Origin: Azolla caroliniana
Taxonomy: Eukaryota; Plantae; Polypodiophyta
Assembly: GCA_043228905.1 (NCBI GenBank)
Contig: JBHGNT010000001.1
Location: forward strand, 23,808,001-23,872,000
Direction of reading: 5' to 3'
Length of the DNA: 64,000 nucleotides
The position numbers were made by a program, and so were the translations under genes. Positions 1-14,143 of this stretch are shown here, piece by piece (position 1 is the stretch's first letter; every line of letters begins with the position of its first letter). Under the pieces are notes generated by a model. That model worked only from the letters and a program-made list of their open reading frames with translations, searched no databases and was not told the DNA's origin.

Positions 1-1710
1 TTTTCATGCCTCATTGAAGGCATCCATGTTAAAATATTTGCTTTCATCTTTGCATAGTAGTCTAATCTATTTAGAGTAGAACGTTAATGTACAAATTTAC
101 CCATTACTAGTGAATTGTTTTTGGACTTGCTCGTTGGGTAAGCTTGATGATAATAATAGTTCAATGAGAGTTTTGAATCCAATCCAAATCTGCCTCTCCC
201 AAAATTGATGCAGTTTTACATGGCTATCTATTCGTGATTGGATTTTCAAACCATACTTCTGTTTTGATCCTTATTTCCCTCAAAGAGTTTTTACTAGAAA
301 GGAGTAAACCCCCTTTTGACGAACACATAGGTGATATGTTGACTTGGTCCCATAGGTCAAAATTGGTGTCGTGGACAATAGATTTTTTTTTTCTATCGAT
401 GAATTTGATGCATATTTAGAACATCATTGATCTTATGCCTTGACACATCAATTTGTGGGACATCCATGTGTAAAGAACTAGATGATTCTATGAAACAAAG
501 TAGATTAAATAGAGCATGAGAGAGATTTGATTATGGTCATTTAGGGTCAAAATTGATTATGGGACCAAAACTAAACCACTCTTGCACAATAAGTGTGGAA
601 TTGAGTCGCAACTCTTGATGCTCATGACTACGGAGCTCTTATAGGTTAGTGTGCATTGTGATTTTGAGAGGAATGTATATCTCAAATATTAGCGCAATGG
701 AATGTGTTGAGGACCTATAGGTTAGTGTCAAGCAAACAATATGTACAAGATGGAGAAACAAAGTATGAATAGAGTGCAAGAACCAAGATGCTTAGTTGAA
801 GCTCTAATGGAAGATTGTCTTATTCTTTGTTAACAACAAACCCCTCCCTCTCTCTTTACAATGTTATGTTTAGGCTTATATATACAGAAGCCCTAGCTTG
901 GCGACGTGTTCACACATAGGATACAAAGTGGAAGGAGTCGGTCTTTTATGCCAACAAACTCCCCTGTAAAAGGGCTACTCTTCGTATGTATACTAATAGT
1001 TGAGGTTATCTCCCTCGTAAACCTAGATTACAATTTTAATCAAAAGTTACAATTGTATACATACAAGGCATTCGACATTCGACTGAATCTGCAGAGGTAA
1101 AGTCAGGATCTAGCCTAATTTGGTTAGTCATTTGGATCGTGTATCACCCTGATCAGCTTGTTTGAGTTGGTCGGATCGACTGGTTCGGGTTGTCTCTGGT
1201 CCGAATCGGCTCATTTGTTTGCATTGGCTTGTGTCCGATTCTAATTCTTAGCCTTTGGTGGATCATATACTTCTTGCTCGCGCTTGCTCTAGTGCTCCCT
1301 ACTAAATCCTCTCTCTGTCCTCGACTCCATTTGTCCCTCGATCTCCTCCTCTACGGTCGGTCTCCTTGCACTTGGTTTTGTCCTTAACCTCTCAACATTA
1401 CTCATCTGGCCGGGCCGATCTTCAACTTACCTGTTGCAATTATTAGTTCTGCTCTCTTCTGCTCGGTCGCTTGTCGTAGTCCCATGGTTGACCTTAGTGC
1501 TTCGAACGTTGTTCTGGGAGTGGCTTCGTCACGCAATCGATAATGTTCACCTCGGTATCTATCTTTCAAACTTCTAGCTTCTTCTATGTTACTAGTTCTC
1601 GGATATGATGAAACCACATCTCAATATGTTTCATCTTCGCATGATAGACTGGATTCCGAATGAGGTGTATTGCGCTCTTTGAGCTGCAATAGATGGTCAA
1701 CGCTGGATGG

Positions 1711-2106
1711 CGTCACGAACAAGTATAATAGAGTAGAGCGAAGACAAGACTAGAAAACAAGAGAGAGGAAAAGAATAAGAACTCAACTTATAGAATCTGT
1801 AACTGGTGTTGTTCACTTTGATTAGAATCAAGGTGCGCATGAGTATTTATACAAGAAGGTAGGGCTATGTAAGCCAACTAGAAATAGGGTATGCACGAGG
1901 ATGCATGCAATAGAGAATGCATGAGAATGTGTGCAAGCTAGACATGAGGATGCATGCAAGTTAGGAACTTCCAATGTTCAATCTATGCTACATGAGTTGG
2001 ATTGGTATAAGGATATATGTGTAGCTCAATTGGTAAGGTTGCTCAATAGAGACCATGAGATCTTGGGTTCAATCCCTACCTTCGTCCGTGGCATATGTTT
2101 ATGATA
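1711..2106 (-). mobile_element. solo LTR
   Basis: 5-bp TSD GATGG (1706-1710 / 2107-2111); degenerate TGTCA..TGACA ends; TATA and CT-rich tract on the minus strand. Confidence 0.75.
2021..2080 (+). other. tRNA-like A-box/B-box module inside an LTR
   Basis: TAGCTCAATTGGTAAG...GGGTTCAATCCC; A-to-B spacing 44 nt. Confidence 0.65.
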
Positions 2107-3478
2107 GATGGTTGATTCAGCTTCTTACCAAAGATAGGCCCACAATTGGTGCAACCATATTACTTTCTTAGTTGGTTCCAAATGTACTCGACGCAACCAT
2201 ATTACTTCCTTCGTTGGTTCCGATGCGGTAATGTACTTGGCCTCTATGGTCGACAGGGTCGTGCACTTTTGAAGTTTTGACCTCCAAGATATGGCGCCGC
2301 CGCCATAGGTGAATATATATCCCAATGTCGACTTCCTATGGTCTAGATTCAAGAAGAATTCAAGACACCCAATACTTTAACTAATAGACTTATATTAAAA
2401 CTTATAGTAATACAGAGCGATGTTGTTACAATGCTCTAGGAGTCTCGACCCCTTTTTATAGACGGTCTAAGAGACTTCATCAAGATCCTATAGTTACAAC
2501 TAACTATTATATATATTTTCTACTTGGCAATAATATTTGTTCTGGACTCTCTATTTCATACTTGTTCTTCGTCCGACTCCGACTACCTTTTTTGATTACC
2601 TAGTTTCGACTATCACTATGCTAGTTTGGTCAGTCAGCCTGACCAGTTAACACATGGCATGCCCGTGGGACAGTGCCTTGCATGGTCAAACCCACAAAAA
2701 TGTCCTAGTTGTCGTCCTTAAAAATATCCAAAATATTTGGCTCATCCTATGCCGAATCCTCGTCCTCCCTAAGTCGATTATTATGTTGAAATTGTCTAAT
2801 ATTTTTAGGACGTATGTAATCGTCTTGGCTTTCTTGAGTGTTTGGAAACGACGATTATTTGGCCGACTATCCTCATAATATCATCGATCGTCGTGTTGGT
2901 TTATGTTGTAACGAGGTGAATAATCACGCTTGTAACGATTCCAACTACCTCTTCCGTAGTGTTCTTGTCACTCCATCCTGCGATAATCATTATGATAATC
3001 ATATCATTGATAGCTGTCTTGGTGCCATCGATCCTTCTTTGATCAATACCGATCGTCATATCTGGGTCGATTGACCTCCTTAAAGCGATTCGAATGAGTT
3101 ATTTAGTCATCTACCTGAATGCGCGCTTCCTATGGCTCTATTTGTCGGACTGGAACCACAACCTTGTTTAGTAGATTATATTTGCGCTGATCAATAGTGT
3201 GCCCTTTTGAGTGGTTGATTGGGCAATATGCCTTTAATGTGCACTCTATTGTGGAATGCCCCGGGTTCAAGCAAGTAGTGCACTGAAACGCTTGACGAAA
3301 TCGTAATTCTTGTGGAAAATATTAAGCAAAAATTAAAAAATTAATATATATTATTAGTTAATAGTTCTTATGAATCATGAAGGAAACCGTAACTGTATTG
3401 GTGGTGGTCTTATAAAGCCACCACCAAAGTTGTAACTATTTAGGGCGTTTTAATATAATAAACGATTTACAGTTTCCC

Positions 3479-3537
<59 letters not shown>

Positions 3538-4780
3538 TTCTATCTCTCTTTCTTCTCTCTTTCTCTTCTTTCCCTACATGGTATTAGAGCCAAACGATCT
3601 GTAACCTATAGTCTATGCCTTTCTTAAATCACAAAACACATGCCCCCATCCTAATTTAACTTTCATGCCCATACGAAAATAATCATATTCATAGTGTCCA
3701 AGATCGTCAAGTAACGAAAGACAATTTTGTGTTTGCCGTGTGTTGATCCGGACAACCCTCTGCAATAATGGCACAATCTATGTCGTCATCGCAACTCAAC
3801 ATGCGAAAATTCACGATCGAGAAATTATCGGACACAAATTATCGAATTTGGAAGGCAAGGTTAGAATTACTTTTTAAATATAATAAAGTATGGGACATAA
3901 TTTCAGGATTGTCAACAAAACTTGAAAAAGGCGAAGAACTTGAAGAATATGATGAAAAAGACTTGTGTGCAAGAATGGAAATTCTAATGCACGTAAGTGA
4001 TGGTATCGGAGAAACATTGTGAAAAATGGAGACAACAAATGAAATGTGGAAACATTTACAAACTATCTACGAGCCGAAAAACGATTCCCAACAAGTGCAT
4101 ACACTTCAAGCGCTTGTTAATTACAAAATGAATGATGAACAACCGGTTGGTGAATTTCTATTAATATGGCAAGAGAAATTAGATGATGTGTTAACTTCTG
4201 GATTAGAAATCCATGATAAATTACAAAAGATTCTCCTTCTTGGTGCTCTTCCTCACTCGTGGTCCACTTTTAGAACCACCCAAAACTCGATAAATTGTCC
4301 AACGCTAATTGATCTTCTTGCAAACACTAGATAGGAGGAAACAATGCGTTCACGAAGGTCTTCAAATTCAACTCCAAGTGTGGCAATGGTAGCATACAAG
4401 AACAAAAGGTTCACCCAAAGAGGAGAAAGCTCGAAGCCGTGGATAAAGAAAGATCAAAACACAAAACAAGGAGGAATGCGGTTCAACAATACCTATTGTA
4501 AAATATGCAAACGTACAAATCATGCAACCAAAGATTGTCGCGCAAAGTCAAATTTCAAGAGTTATCAACCATGGACACGTGTACAAGCCCATCTTGTTGA
4601 AGAAGAGATGGATGATGAAAAAGTCATAGGAGATGGATATCAAAATGGCGACAAGTATGACAACGTCCTTCAAGCATTCATTGCCGAATCACTTTCCGTG
4701 ACGTTTCCAAACCCAAGTAATGTAAATGACATATGGTATCTCGACACTGGTGCTACTAACCACTTAACTAATAGAAAATA

Positions 4781-5093
4781 GGGAAAAGTACCAGGATACC
4801 CCTGGAAGTTCGTCTATTTACCAGAATGCCCCTGGAAGTTCCAAAATTACCAAACTACCCCTATGTCCAAAAAATTACACTTTATAAAGTAATTATACAC
4901 TCAAATCTACAAGCCCTATTTACCAAAGATGGAAGAAATGGACCCGAACTAGCCCTATTTACCAAAGATTTGAGTGTATAATTACTTTATAAAGTATATT
5001 TTTTGGGACATAGGGGTAGTTTGGTAAATTTGGAACTTACAGGGGCATTCTGGTAAATAGACGAACTTCCAGGGGTATCTTGGTACTTTTCCC
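4781..5093. mobile_element. Mutator-like MITE (fold-back)
   Basis: ~125-bp TIRs GGGAAAAGTACC..., 9-bp TSD TAGAAAATA (4772-4780 / 5094-5102). Removal restores the protease frame (NRKYWLCNY). Confidence 0.9.
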
Positions 5094-8000
5094 TAGAAAA
5101 TATTGGTTATGTAACTATAAGGATGTTGAACCTCCTATCATTGTAAGATTTGGAAATAATGGGACTAAACAAGCTATTGGCAATGGTGATATTACATTTG
5201 AACTCACATGAGGAAGACATTTCACAATCAATGAAGTTCTCTATGTCCCATGCATCACCAAACATTTGCTATCGGTTAGTCAAGCAATGACAAATGGTAC
5301 TATCATGCTATTATTAAACATAAAGCCTCAAATGGAGAACTTATTAGAACATGTTGTAACCGAGAAGGAGGCTTATATCCCATAAAATGTATTCTTACAT
5401 CTCTTATTTTAGAAGCACATCATACTACCCCAATACAATCCTCCATAACTTTAACCAATCTTCATTCTCCTTCTTCTCTTTGGCACTTTCGTCTAGGTCA
5501 TATATGCATTTCAATGCTCTAAAAACACTACAATGTAATAATCTAGTCCATGGTTTGCCAAAAGAACCTTTCAAGCCCATGTCTTTGTGTGAAAGTTGTA
5601 TCCTTGGGAAAATGCCCCAACAACCATTCCCAAAGCATAGATCTAGAGCCACTACCCCTCTTGCATTAGTACATAGTGATCTATGTGGACCTTTTCCAAT
5701 CCCTTCTCTTAGTGGAGCCAAATATTTCATTAGCTTTATAGATGACTTTAGTCGATTTACAATCTTGCATTTTCTCAAGTACAAAAGTCAAGCTTATCAA
5801 GCATTCAAAGAATACAAGGCTCGAGTCGAAGCGCAAACATCATCAAAGATTTAAAGTCTTCAAACTGATGGTGGTGGTGAGTATATGTCTCATGAATTTC
5901 AAAGTTTATATCAAAATGAAGGCATACATCATAGAATATCAACACCACACACACCACAACAAAATGGTGTATCCGAAAGGAATAATAGATCACTTCTCAA
6001 TATGGCTCGAAGTATGTTACAATTTGCTCACTTATCGCCTCAAATTTGGGAGGAAGCGGTTGGCACCGCTTGCTATATTCAAAATCTAGGATTTCATAGA
6101 TCTTTGGGGCTCCAAACCCCTTATGAACTATGGTACGGTCACAAACCTAACTTAAGTAACCTTTGTATTTTTTGTTGTGATGCTTATGCTTTTGTGCCAA
6201 ATGTTCAAAAAAATAAGCTAGATCCAAGGGCTACAAAATCAATTTTCATCGGATATGGAGAAGCTTCGGGATACAAGGCGTACAAGCTCTACGATCCACA
6301 AAAACGAAGAATATTCTTTAGTTGTAATGTGATATTCCACGAAAATGGGCCTTCTACAAAGGTTTCTTTTTCACTCTCTTCTAATCTACCTCCCTTATTA
6401 CCTACCCCTACCCACTTACAACCATCTTCCTCAACCATCTCTAATATTAATAGCTCTCATATTGAAGGAGCCAACATTAGCTTATCCTCTACTTCCACTA
6501 TTTGTGTTGCTCTTCCATCTATTCACAAGGCAAAGATTAATCCTACTCAACCAACTAATTCTTCTTCTCATCTTCCCTCATTCCAATCTCTAGATGATTC
6601 TCTTCCTCATACTTCTTTAAATACACATTGTTTAACTCCCTCTCCTAATCCTTCATTCCAAGTGTCATCACCAACTTCTCCACCAAACTCTCCACCTCCA
6701 AAGTATAGATCTCTAAGTAGTATTTATGAACAACTTGATCAAATGGAAGCATATTTTGTGAACTTGGACCATGAAGCTTATATACAAGAAGAAGATATTC
6801 CAACCCTTAGTGATGACACAAATCTATCGGCCAAAGATGCACTTTCCGGATCAGATTCTATCAAATGGAGAAAGGCTATGGAAGAAGAAATGAAGGCTTT
6901 ACTTAAAAATGGTACGCGGACCCTCGTTGAGCCTCCAAAAGATTGACAAATAATTGGTTCTAAATGGGTCTTACGCATAAAGCGAGATAGTAATGGCAAT
7001 CCAATTCACTTCAAGGCTTGTGTAGTTGCTCGAGGATTTTCTCAAGTACCAGTTATTGATTTTCAAGATACATTTAGTCCAACGCTAAAAATATGTGGTT
7101 TTCGAATGCTCGTTGCTCTTGCCGCGCAAATGATCTAGAATTGCATCACTTGGATGTACAAACGGCTTTTCTTCATGGAGATTTAGATGAAGAACTTTAT
7201 CTACAACAACCACAATTTTTTGAAGATCCAAGTCATCCGACACATGTTTGTCGACTTCGTAAATCTATTTACGACCTTAAGCAATCTCCACGCATATGGT
7301 ATCACAAACTACACTCTTTTCTTATAAAAATTGGATATCATCATCTAAACAATGAGCCAAATATCTATGTTAGAAAAGCCAAATCCAATTTTGTTATCAT
7401 AGGTGTCTATGTTGATGATTTGCCCTTGATCTCAATCTCTAAATCTTATCTAACTATTGCAAAGAAGGAACTTGCATATGTCTTTTCTATCACTGATTTA
7501 GGCCCTATGACCCATTTTCTAGGCATCAAAATAACGCAAAATAGAACAAATCATACTATCTCATTATCACAATCAAATTATATTAATTCTATCCTCCAAA
7601 GATTTGATATGCTTCATAGTAAGCCTATTAGTACTCCTCTTACCTCTCCATGTAAACTTTCAAATGATGATTCTCCCAAAAATGAATGAGAAATTTTCGA
7701 AATGAAGGATGTACCCTATAAACAAATCCTTGGGTGTATAAGATATCTAGTAAGTGGCACACGTCTCGATATTTTCTTTGCCGCCAGTTTTCTTTCTCGT
7801 TTCATGGCTAATCCAGGACCAAAGCATTGGATCGTGCTCAAAAGATTACTACAATACTTGAAGCATACTCAACATTATGCGTTGACTTACTCCGCCACAC
7901 AATCTGAGTCAACCACACTTGTGCAAGGATGGACAAATCCCTCTAGCCAACTAATTGGTTCGTCAGACTCGGATTGGGGGGGAGATGTGGACGATGTCAA

Positions 8001-8258
8001 GTCAATAGGTGGATATGTTTACACACTAGCTGGCGCTACAATTTCGTGGAAGTCAAAGAAACAAACTACCGTAGCATTGTCATCCACCGAAGCTGAATAT
8101 GTTGCCGCGACTTTAGTGGCTAAGGAAGGCATATGGATTAAAGCTATGCTCGAAGAATTTAAACTATTTACTATTCCAACAGTGACTTTGTTTTGCGATA
8201 ATCAATCTTGCATCAAGTTAACCAACAATCCGAAGATGAGCGACAATATACGTCACGT

Positions 8259-9157
8259 TGTCGTGCCTTACGGCTCCGGATCGTTGCGTGAGTTGGGTGG
8301 GAACCGTTGAGGTTTTGGACTAGGAGGAAAGAAAATTCTAAGGCAATTAAGAATATGAAATATATTGTAGGAAAGAAAGATATGAAAAACTCGTGAATCC
8401 CACGAGTATAGTGTATTAGTGAGTACTCAAATTAAGAGAGAAAAATAATTAGCAAATTCGTGAATCCCACGATTATATTATATTAATCCCCTTGTAAAAT
8501 AATCAACAACCTCTCTACATCTTTCTCCCTTCCTTATATAGTGTTGGAAGAGTCTAAGTTTATCACACGCAAACATCATGCTTTTCCTATCTTTAGTTTT
8601 CATGCACACTACATGTGTATGATTAGCTTTCTATCTCATCTTTTCTTTTAACTCGAGTGTCTATGCATGAATAACTTTTTGTACCATGCATGTCTAGAAA
8701 TTTGATATGGGATAAAGTTTAGTATAACTTTAAAATTCATAATACCCTAGTATAATGATAAGGCTTAACATTATTAACATGGAGGTGCAAGGTTCGAATC
8801 TTGCCCTATGCATGTAATATATATATATATATATTTATACTTTCTTCTATTTACAAATATGTCTCTTCATCCGGTGAGAGACTCTCACCGGCCTTCTTCA
8901 TCCGGCTCTTTCCGGTTCTGCTTCATCCGGTGCTTGCTAGTTTTCTTTGTCCAGTTCTTATCGGGACCTCCTTACCGATCTCTTCGTCCGTTTCTCACTG
9001 ACTCTTACCGGCCTTCTTCATCCGGCTCTTGCCGGGTCTCCTTACCAGTTTCGGTCCTTACCGGTTCCTTCTTCCGGTTCTCACCGGGTACTCCATGTCC
9101 TATCCGGAGAGACCAAAAATGTAATTTTTCACGTAGTGTGCGTATTACACTACGACA
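8259..9157 (-). mobile_element. solo LTR (TGTCGT...ACGACA group)
   Basis: 4-bp TSD ACGT (8255-8258 / 9158-9161). Removal restores RNase H RHVDLK. Homologous to 14144-14943. Confidence 0.88.
8748..8806 (+). other. tRNA-like A-box/B-box module inside an LTR
   Basis: TAGTATAATGATAAG...GCAAGGTTCGAATCTTGC with a paired T-arm; spacing 43 nt. Confidence 0.65.
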
Positions 9158-9809
9158 ACGTGGACTTAAAACTTCATTTTCTTCGCGATCTCATTGAAAC
9201 AAAGAAGATAGAGTTAAAGTTTGCTCCCACTCATCAAATGTGGGTTGATTTTCTAACGAAACCTCTTCAACATTCTAAGCACATTATTTATTGCAAGCAA
9301 GTTGGATTAATTGATGTAATCCAAGATAAAGATGAAAACCTACACTTCTAGAAATTTTCGCTTAGGGGGGAGTGTGGAAAATATTAAGCAAAAATTAATA
9401 AATTAATAAAATTATTAGTTAATAGTTCTTATGAATACGGTTTCCTTCATGAGAAGGAAACCGTAAATGTATTGGTGGTGGTCTTATAAAGCCACCACCA
9501 ACGTTGTAACTATTTAGGGCGTTTTAATATAATAAACGATTTACAGTTTCCCTCATCTCTCTCTCTCTCTCTTCTCTCTATCTCTCTTTCTTCTCTCTTT
9601 CTCTTCTTTCCCTACAATTCTTCCCGTTTCAGCAATGTCTTTTGTAATGAAGCCATTGACATAGAATTTGTCTATGCTTTATCCATTGCGAACACAATTT
9701 GTCTGTGTTTTATCCATTACCAACACTTTGTCGATTACTTGCTCTAGAGGTACTTCTTTAAAATCGAGTACGGCCAGAGTTGTTCAAAGTGGCTCTTTGA
9801 GGGCACTCA

Positions 9810-10201
9810 GAAAGGTTTCTTTCGAATCTTCCTAAGGAGGTGGTTGTGCAAGCTAACTCCGAAGATTTTGAAACCTTATGATGAACCTGGGAACTGAATC
9901 ATGAGCTTCTTGATATTATACTATATAGAATTGGCTGATGAGTTCTCGTTATGCGACATAGCGATGAAAAAGTCTAACAAACTTGTTAGTTAATTGTTGG
10001 AGGCCGTCAGGAAGGTTTCTTTCAAATCTTCCTGAGGACGTGGTCGTGCATGCTAACTCCGAAGATTTCGAAACCTTATGATGAACTGGGGAATTGAATC
10101 ATGAGCTTCTTTATATTATACTATATAGAATTGGTTGATGAGTTCTCGTTATGCGACTTGTCGATGAAAAAGTCTGACAAACTTGTCAGTTAATTGTTGG
10201 A
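9810..10201. repeat. ~200-bp tandem duplication within gypsy gag
   Basis: AAGGTTTCTTTC...TAATTGTTGGA is present at ~9810-10001 and ~10011-10201. Confidence 0.8.
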
Positions 10202-10559
10202 ACAATTCAAATTCTCCTTGTTTATGATGTGAGTACCAATTATTGGATTGGCCTTCCAATGACAATCCGAAATCGACAATCTTCAACGCATCTGCATCAA
10301 CCAGCGATAATCGTTGAAACACATCGTTGGCATGCCATGTAGTTAAGAACACGCGCACATGCGCTTCCACGTCAGCTTCATCATTATATTTTGAGTAAGG
10401 ATATGACATTATATCCTCTAAATCTTCCACCAAATAGATTGGACATAGGTGCAAGTCAGGCGACCCTTCGTCTGAGCTACTATCAATTGTAGTCTCCAAA
10501 TCCGGAATTGTGCTCAAATACTCTTCAGCCACTTGCTGAAGTTGGTTGAATAACTGCAA
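10149..10559 (-). pseudogene. gag: gypsy-type gag (capsid) fragment
   Basis: YPYSKYNDEADVEAHVRVF...FGLSLEGQSNNWY...LTDKFVRLF resembles Retrotrans_gag. Confidence 0.75.
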
Positions 10560-11309
10560 ATCGACTAAATCATCTTGTTACACATGTTGGGTTTCCGATC
10601 TCCTTTGTGATCGTCTACTTCCCACAGGCTGATCTTCAGTATGTCAATCAGACGACATCAATTCTCTGTTTACTCTTTTTTCATTGACAGATTGAACCGG
10701 GTTTGCCAAATTTTGTGTTGTCCTGTTCGACAAACACAAAGGGTCGAACAACTCACTTTCTAAATTGTTTTGTCAATGGGATTGTGGTATAGAGATTGGA
10801 GTCGGTCGACTCTGCCTAATGATCATTTAAACACACTCATATTTAAACACAAACTCACTATATCACACTTAATCATTGTAATTAGCATAACACTTAAACA
10901 CTCTTAGACTGGTGATCGACTGTAAAGTATGAGCAAACTCTCAAAGCAAGAAGAATTCAAGACACCCAATACTTTAACTAACAAACTTATATTAAAACTT
11001 ATAGTAATATAGAGTGATGTTGTTACAATGCTCTCGGCCCCTTTTTATAGGCAACCTAAGAGAATTCATCAAGATTATATAATTTTCGTTTGGCAAGATC
11101 CTACAGTGACAACTAATTATTACATATTTTTTCTACTTGGTAATAATATTCGTTCGACTCTCTGTTTCATACTTGTTCTTCGTCCGACTCTAACTTCGAC
11201 TCTAGCTACAACAACCTTTTTTTGACTACTTTCGACTATCATTATGCTAGTTTTTTGACCTATGTACTTTGACCAACTTGGCCGGTCAGCCCAACTAGCT
11301 AACATTGTC

Positions 11310-11804
11310 CAGATTCAGCTTTGGACAGTTGTTGACGAATGTCATGTAGAATAACTCCCAACTCGTCGGCAAGCTCGAAAGGAGGGCAAGGGCTTTGACT
11401 TCTTCTTTGAAGTTAATCCCTTGGGGGAGGAGAGTTCAGACAACACCCGATTGAAGGTGTTGATGTAGGAGGTCGCCAGATCCTTCTCTCTTATCTTCAT
11501 ATTGAACAGTTGTTGGATAAATATGAGCTTTGACCAGGAGGACTTTTTCTCATATACGACTTGTAACTTCTCCCATGATGCTGAAATATACGTTGTCGGC
11601 CAAATGCATCCGTATGGTCGATCGTGCGATTTCGTCCATCGATCTCCACCTTTCAACAAACGTTGATGCTGGTTTGTCATTTTGGCGGATTGCTTTGACA
11701 TGCCTTCAAATTATGAGCACGTCTTGCATCACGTCTTTCCATAAGGCGAAGTTCTTCCCATCGAACTTCCGGATTTCCACATTTGTGTCGGATTGTGTCG
11801 CCAT
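11310..11804 (-). pseudogene. gag: copia gag N-terminus (family B)
   Basis: MATQSDTNVEIRKFDGKNFALWK...LIFIQQLFNMKIRE, downstream of the PBS. Confidence 0.8.
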
Positions 11805-14143
11805 TTTCTAAAAGTAGATGTTGCAGGCCTTGTCTTTTCTCTCAGTTGGATAACCTCTCTTCTTAGTCTTTGTTGTTCGTTTCCACCGGACAACAATGTC
11901 ACTCTGATACCACTTGTTGTATATCTCAGATGTTAGCGCCGCGGAATGTGTGAGGACCTAGAGGTTAGTGTCAAGCAAACAACATGTACAAGACAGAGAA
12001 ACAAAGTATGAATAGAGTGCAAGAAGCAAGATGCTCAGTTGAAGCTCTAATGGAATTGTCTTATTCTCTTTGTAACAAACCCGTCTCTCTCTTTACAATG
12101 TTACGTTTAGGCTTATATATACAGAAGCCCTAACTTGACGACATGTTCACACCTAGGATACAAACAGGAAGGAGTTGGCCTTTTATGCCAACAATGTGGT
12201 TGAAAACAATGCATTGTTAGACACAAAGATATTTTGTCGTCATCTTTGGAGGTCAATTATGACCTATACGACAAAAAACTATTGTTAAGATATCAAGCTC
12301 AACTAGGTTTAGCTATTTAGTCAACCACGTAACTTAGTAGTTACATAATTAGAATCTAGTTAGAAGTATTGACCTGAAAGCCTTAAATAGAATTTTGTAC
12401 TTAGTGGGGATGCATTCTAGGTTCTCCACTACCAAGTTCATTAAATATAGGACTTACATCCTTGTACCTATATTCTCCTTACATATGTGCACCCTGCCCA
12501 TGAGATGTATATATACCTCACTGTGGGTATCTTTGTTCTTTAATGCTTATTAATATAGAGAAAGGTCTTTAGCTACACTCTTGTTAATCATTGCCCATTT
12601 ATCTCATTGTTCATAAGTGTAACTTCTCCTCTTCCTTCCTCTCACACACATATCACATAATCTTCCACGGCTTAATCACATATGTGATTAACTTCTGACA
12701 TAATTAGATACTATTGAGAATCAAACTCAACCTAGTTTAGTGTGTGAACATGTTGGGAATTCGGTCCCTCCGGATGGGATCCAGATGAGAATCGGAAACT
12801 GGATCGGATGGATCCAGAAGGTATCCGGTGTGAACCGGATCCACGGACATATCTGTAATATGTTTCTAGTGTGCTTGTCATGGCCATATTTGTAAATAGT
12901 CCTAAAGTCATATAAGTATAAATATGACTTAGGGCAATCACTTTGGTGTGTGGTTATTATTGTTGTTGTATAGAGAGAGATAGAGAGAGATAGAGACAGA
13001 GAGAAACAAAACTTGTTTTTTGTTGTAACCGCTGGTGGGACGAAGACATAGAGCAAGAGGTTGTTGCCTCTAAGTCTCGCATCTGGTATCAAAGCAAGGT
13101 TCTAAACCTTGAAGAAAATGGAAGAGTCATTCGGAAGCATGTTCAAGCTCACTGGATCCAACTACCCAGTGTGGAAGTCAAAGATGAGGGACATGTTCGT
13201 GGTCAAAGATCTCTGGCTACCGGTACAATTCAGGGGAAAGAAACCAGACAAGATCGATACCACGACGTGGGAGGTGATGCATATGAAGATGACAACATAC
13301 ATTAGGTGCTTCATCGACATGAGACTGTACAACAACTTTAATGAAAAAATTAAGGCTCACGTGCTTTGGGAGAAAATCGGTACCATGCTGGAGAGTAAAA
13401 ACGCCATAAATCGGGTTTCGGTATTCCGGAAGTTAGTGAGACTTCGGTACCAAGACGGATCCAGCATGGAGGAGCACATGAATGCATTCCAGGGGCTCAT
13501 AAATCAAACAACATCTACATAAGTACCTCTAGCCGACGAGGTACTTGTGTTGCTCCTGCTCGGTTGTCTCCCGATAGTTGGGAGACACTAGTTGTCACCT
13601 TGGGCAACGCCGGGCCGAAAGGAAAACAATTATCCCTGGAAACGGTAAAATCAAGCTTGCTGGATGAAGAAGCTCCCCAGAAGGACCGAGACTCCGGAAC
13701 CGATCCGAAGGCCTTGGTCACGGAAGATGACCATAACTGGGAAGAGGCCGAAATCGGAGTCCCCAAAATAGGGACAAATCAGGGACGAGGTCAAAGTCAA
13801 GGGGAAGGCCCACTTGCTTTTATTGCGGAAAGATGGGGCACTTCTAGAAGAATTGCTGACACTTCTGGAAAAGCAAAGGGGGAGCCGACAACCTGGAATC
13901 GAAGAAAATTTCAGAAATGAGAGGAACGTCGGCGATCACGACAAGTGAAGAAGAACTATTGCTAATCACTGAGGAGAGTGAGCTGCATCTTGTTAGTGAT
14001 GAGTCGAAATGGGTAGTCGACTCGGGAGTGTCGTTCCACCTGACTCCCAACCGGAAGTGTTTCTCATCGTACAGAGCTGGAGATCACGGTTCTGTCCGGA
14101 TGGGAAATGAAGGTGCATGCCAAATTGTCAACATAGGAGACGT

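Larger units (their letters stand above)
1402..2352 (-). pseudogene. pol: copia RNase H / pol C-terminus, split by solo LTR 1711-2106
   Basis: RKSTLGYIFTYGGGAISWRSKLQKCTTLSTIEAKY motif; tail MGLRQATEQK is shared with the copy at ~59540. Confidence 0.85.
3768..9351 (+). pseudogene. gag-pol: copia gag-pol (gag, CCHC, protease, integrase, RT, RNase H) with stops, frameshifts and two insertions
   Basis: CKICKRTNHATKDC; WYLDTGATNH; LVHSDLCGP and PQQNGVSER; LDVQTAFLHG and YVDDL; SDSDWGG...LSSTEAEY. Confidence 0.93.
3311..9616 (+). mobile_element. full-length, decayed Ty1/copia retrotransposon
   Basis: LTRs 3311-3578 and 9373-9616 (TG..CA), TSD ATTCT on both sides, PBS TGGTATTAGAGC at 3579-3590, PPT at 9364-9372. 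Confidence 0.95.
2351..11304 (-). mobile_element. gag-only (non-autonomous) gypsy-type LTR element
   Basis: LTR 10716-11304 and a truncated copy at 2351-2652. PBS-like TGGCAAACCCGG next to 10716. gag at 10149-10559 and a CCHC knuckle (CTTCLNPGHSTIEC) near 3240-3285. No pol seen. Confidence 0.75.
674..12193 (-). mobile_element. Ty1/copia LTR retrotransposon (family B), internally deleted, hosting nested insertions
   Basis: Similar LTRs at 674-956 and 11915-12193. Met-type PBS TGGTATCAGAGT (revcomp 11901-11912) and PPT at 957-970. gag remnant at 11310-11804, RNase H remnant at 1402-2352. TSD not clean. Confidence 0.85.

Noticed and set aside
1-670. Short ORF 234-419 and flanking sequence
   Set aside because: No recognisable motif; probably decayed repeat DNA.
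12215-12700. Possible old solo LTR (TGTTAGA...TCTGACA, internal TATA)
   Set aside because: Flanks TGCAT and TAATT do not form a TSD, and there is no second copy in the window.
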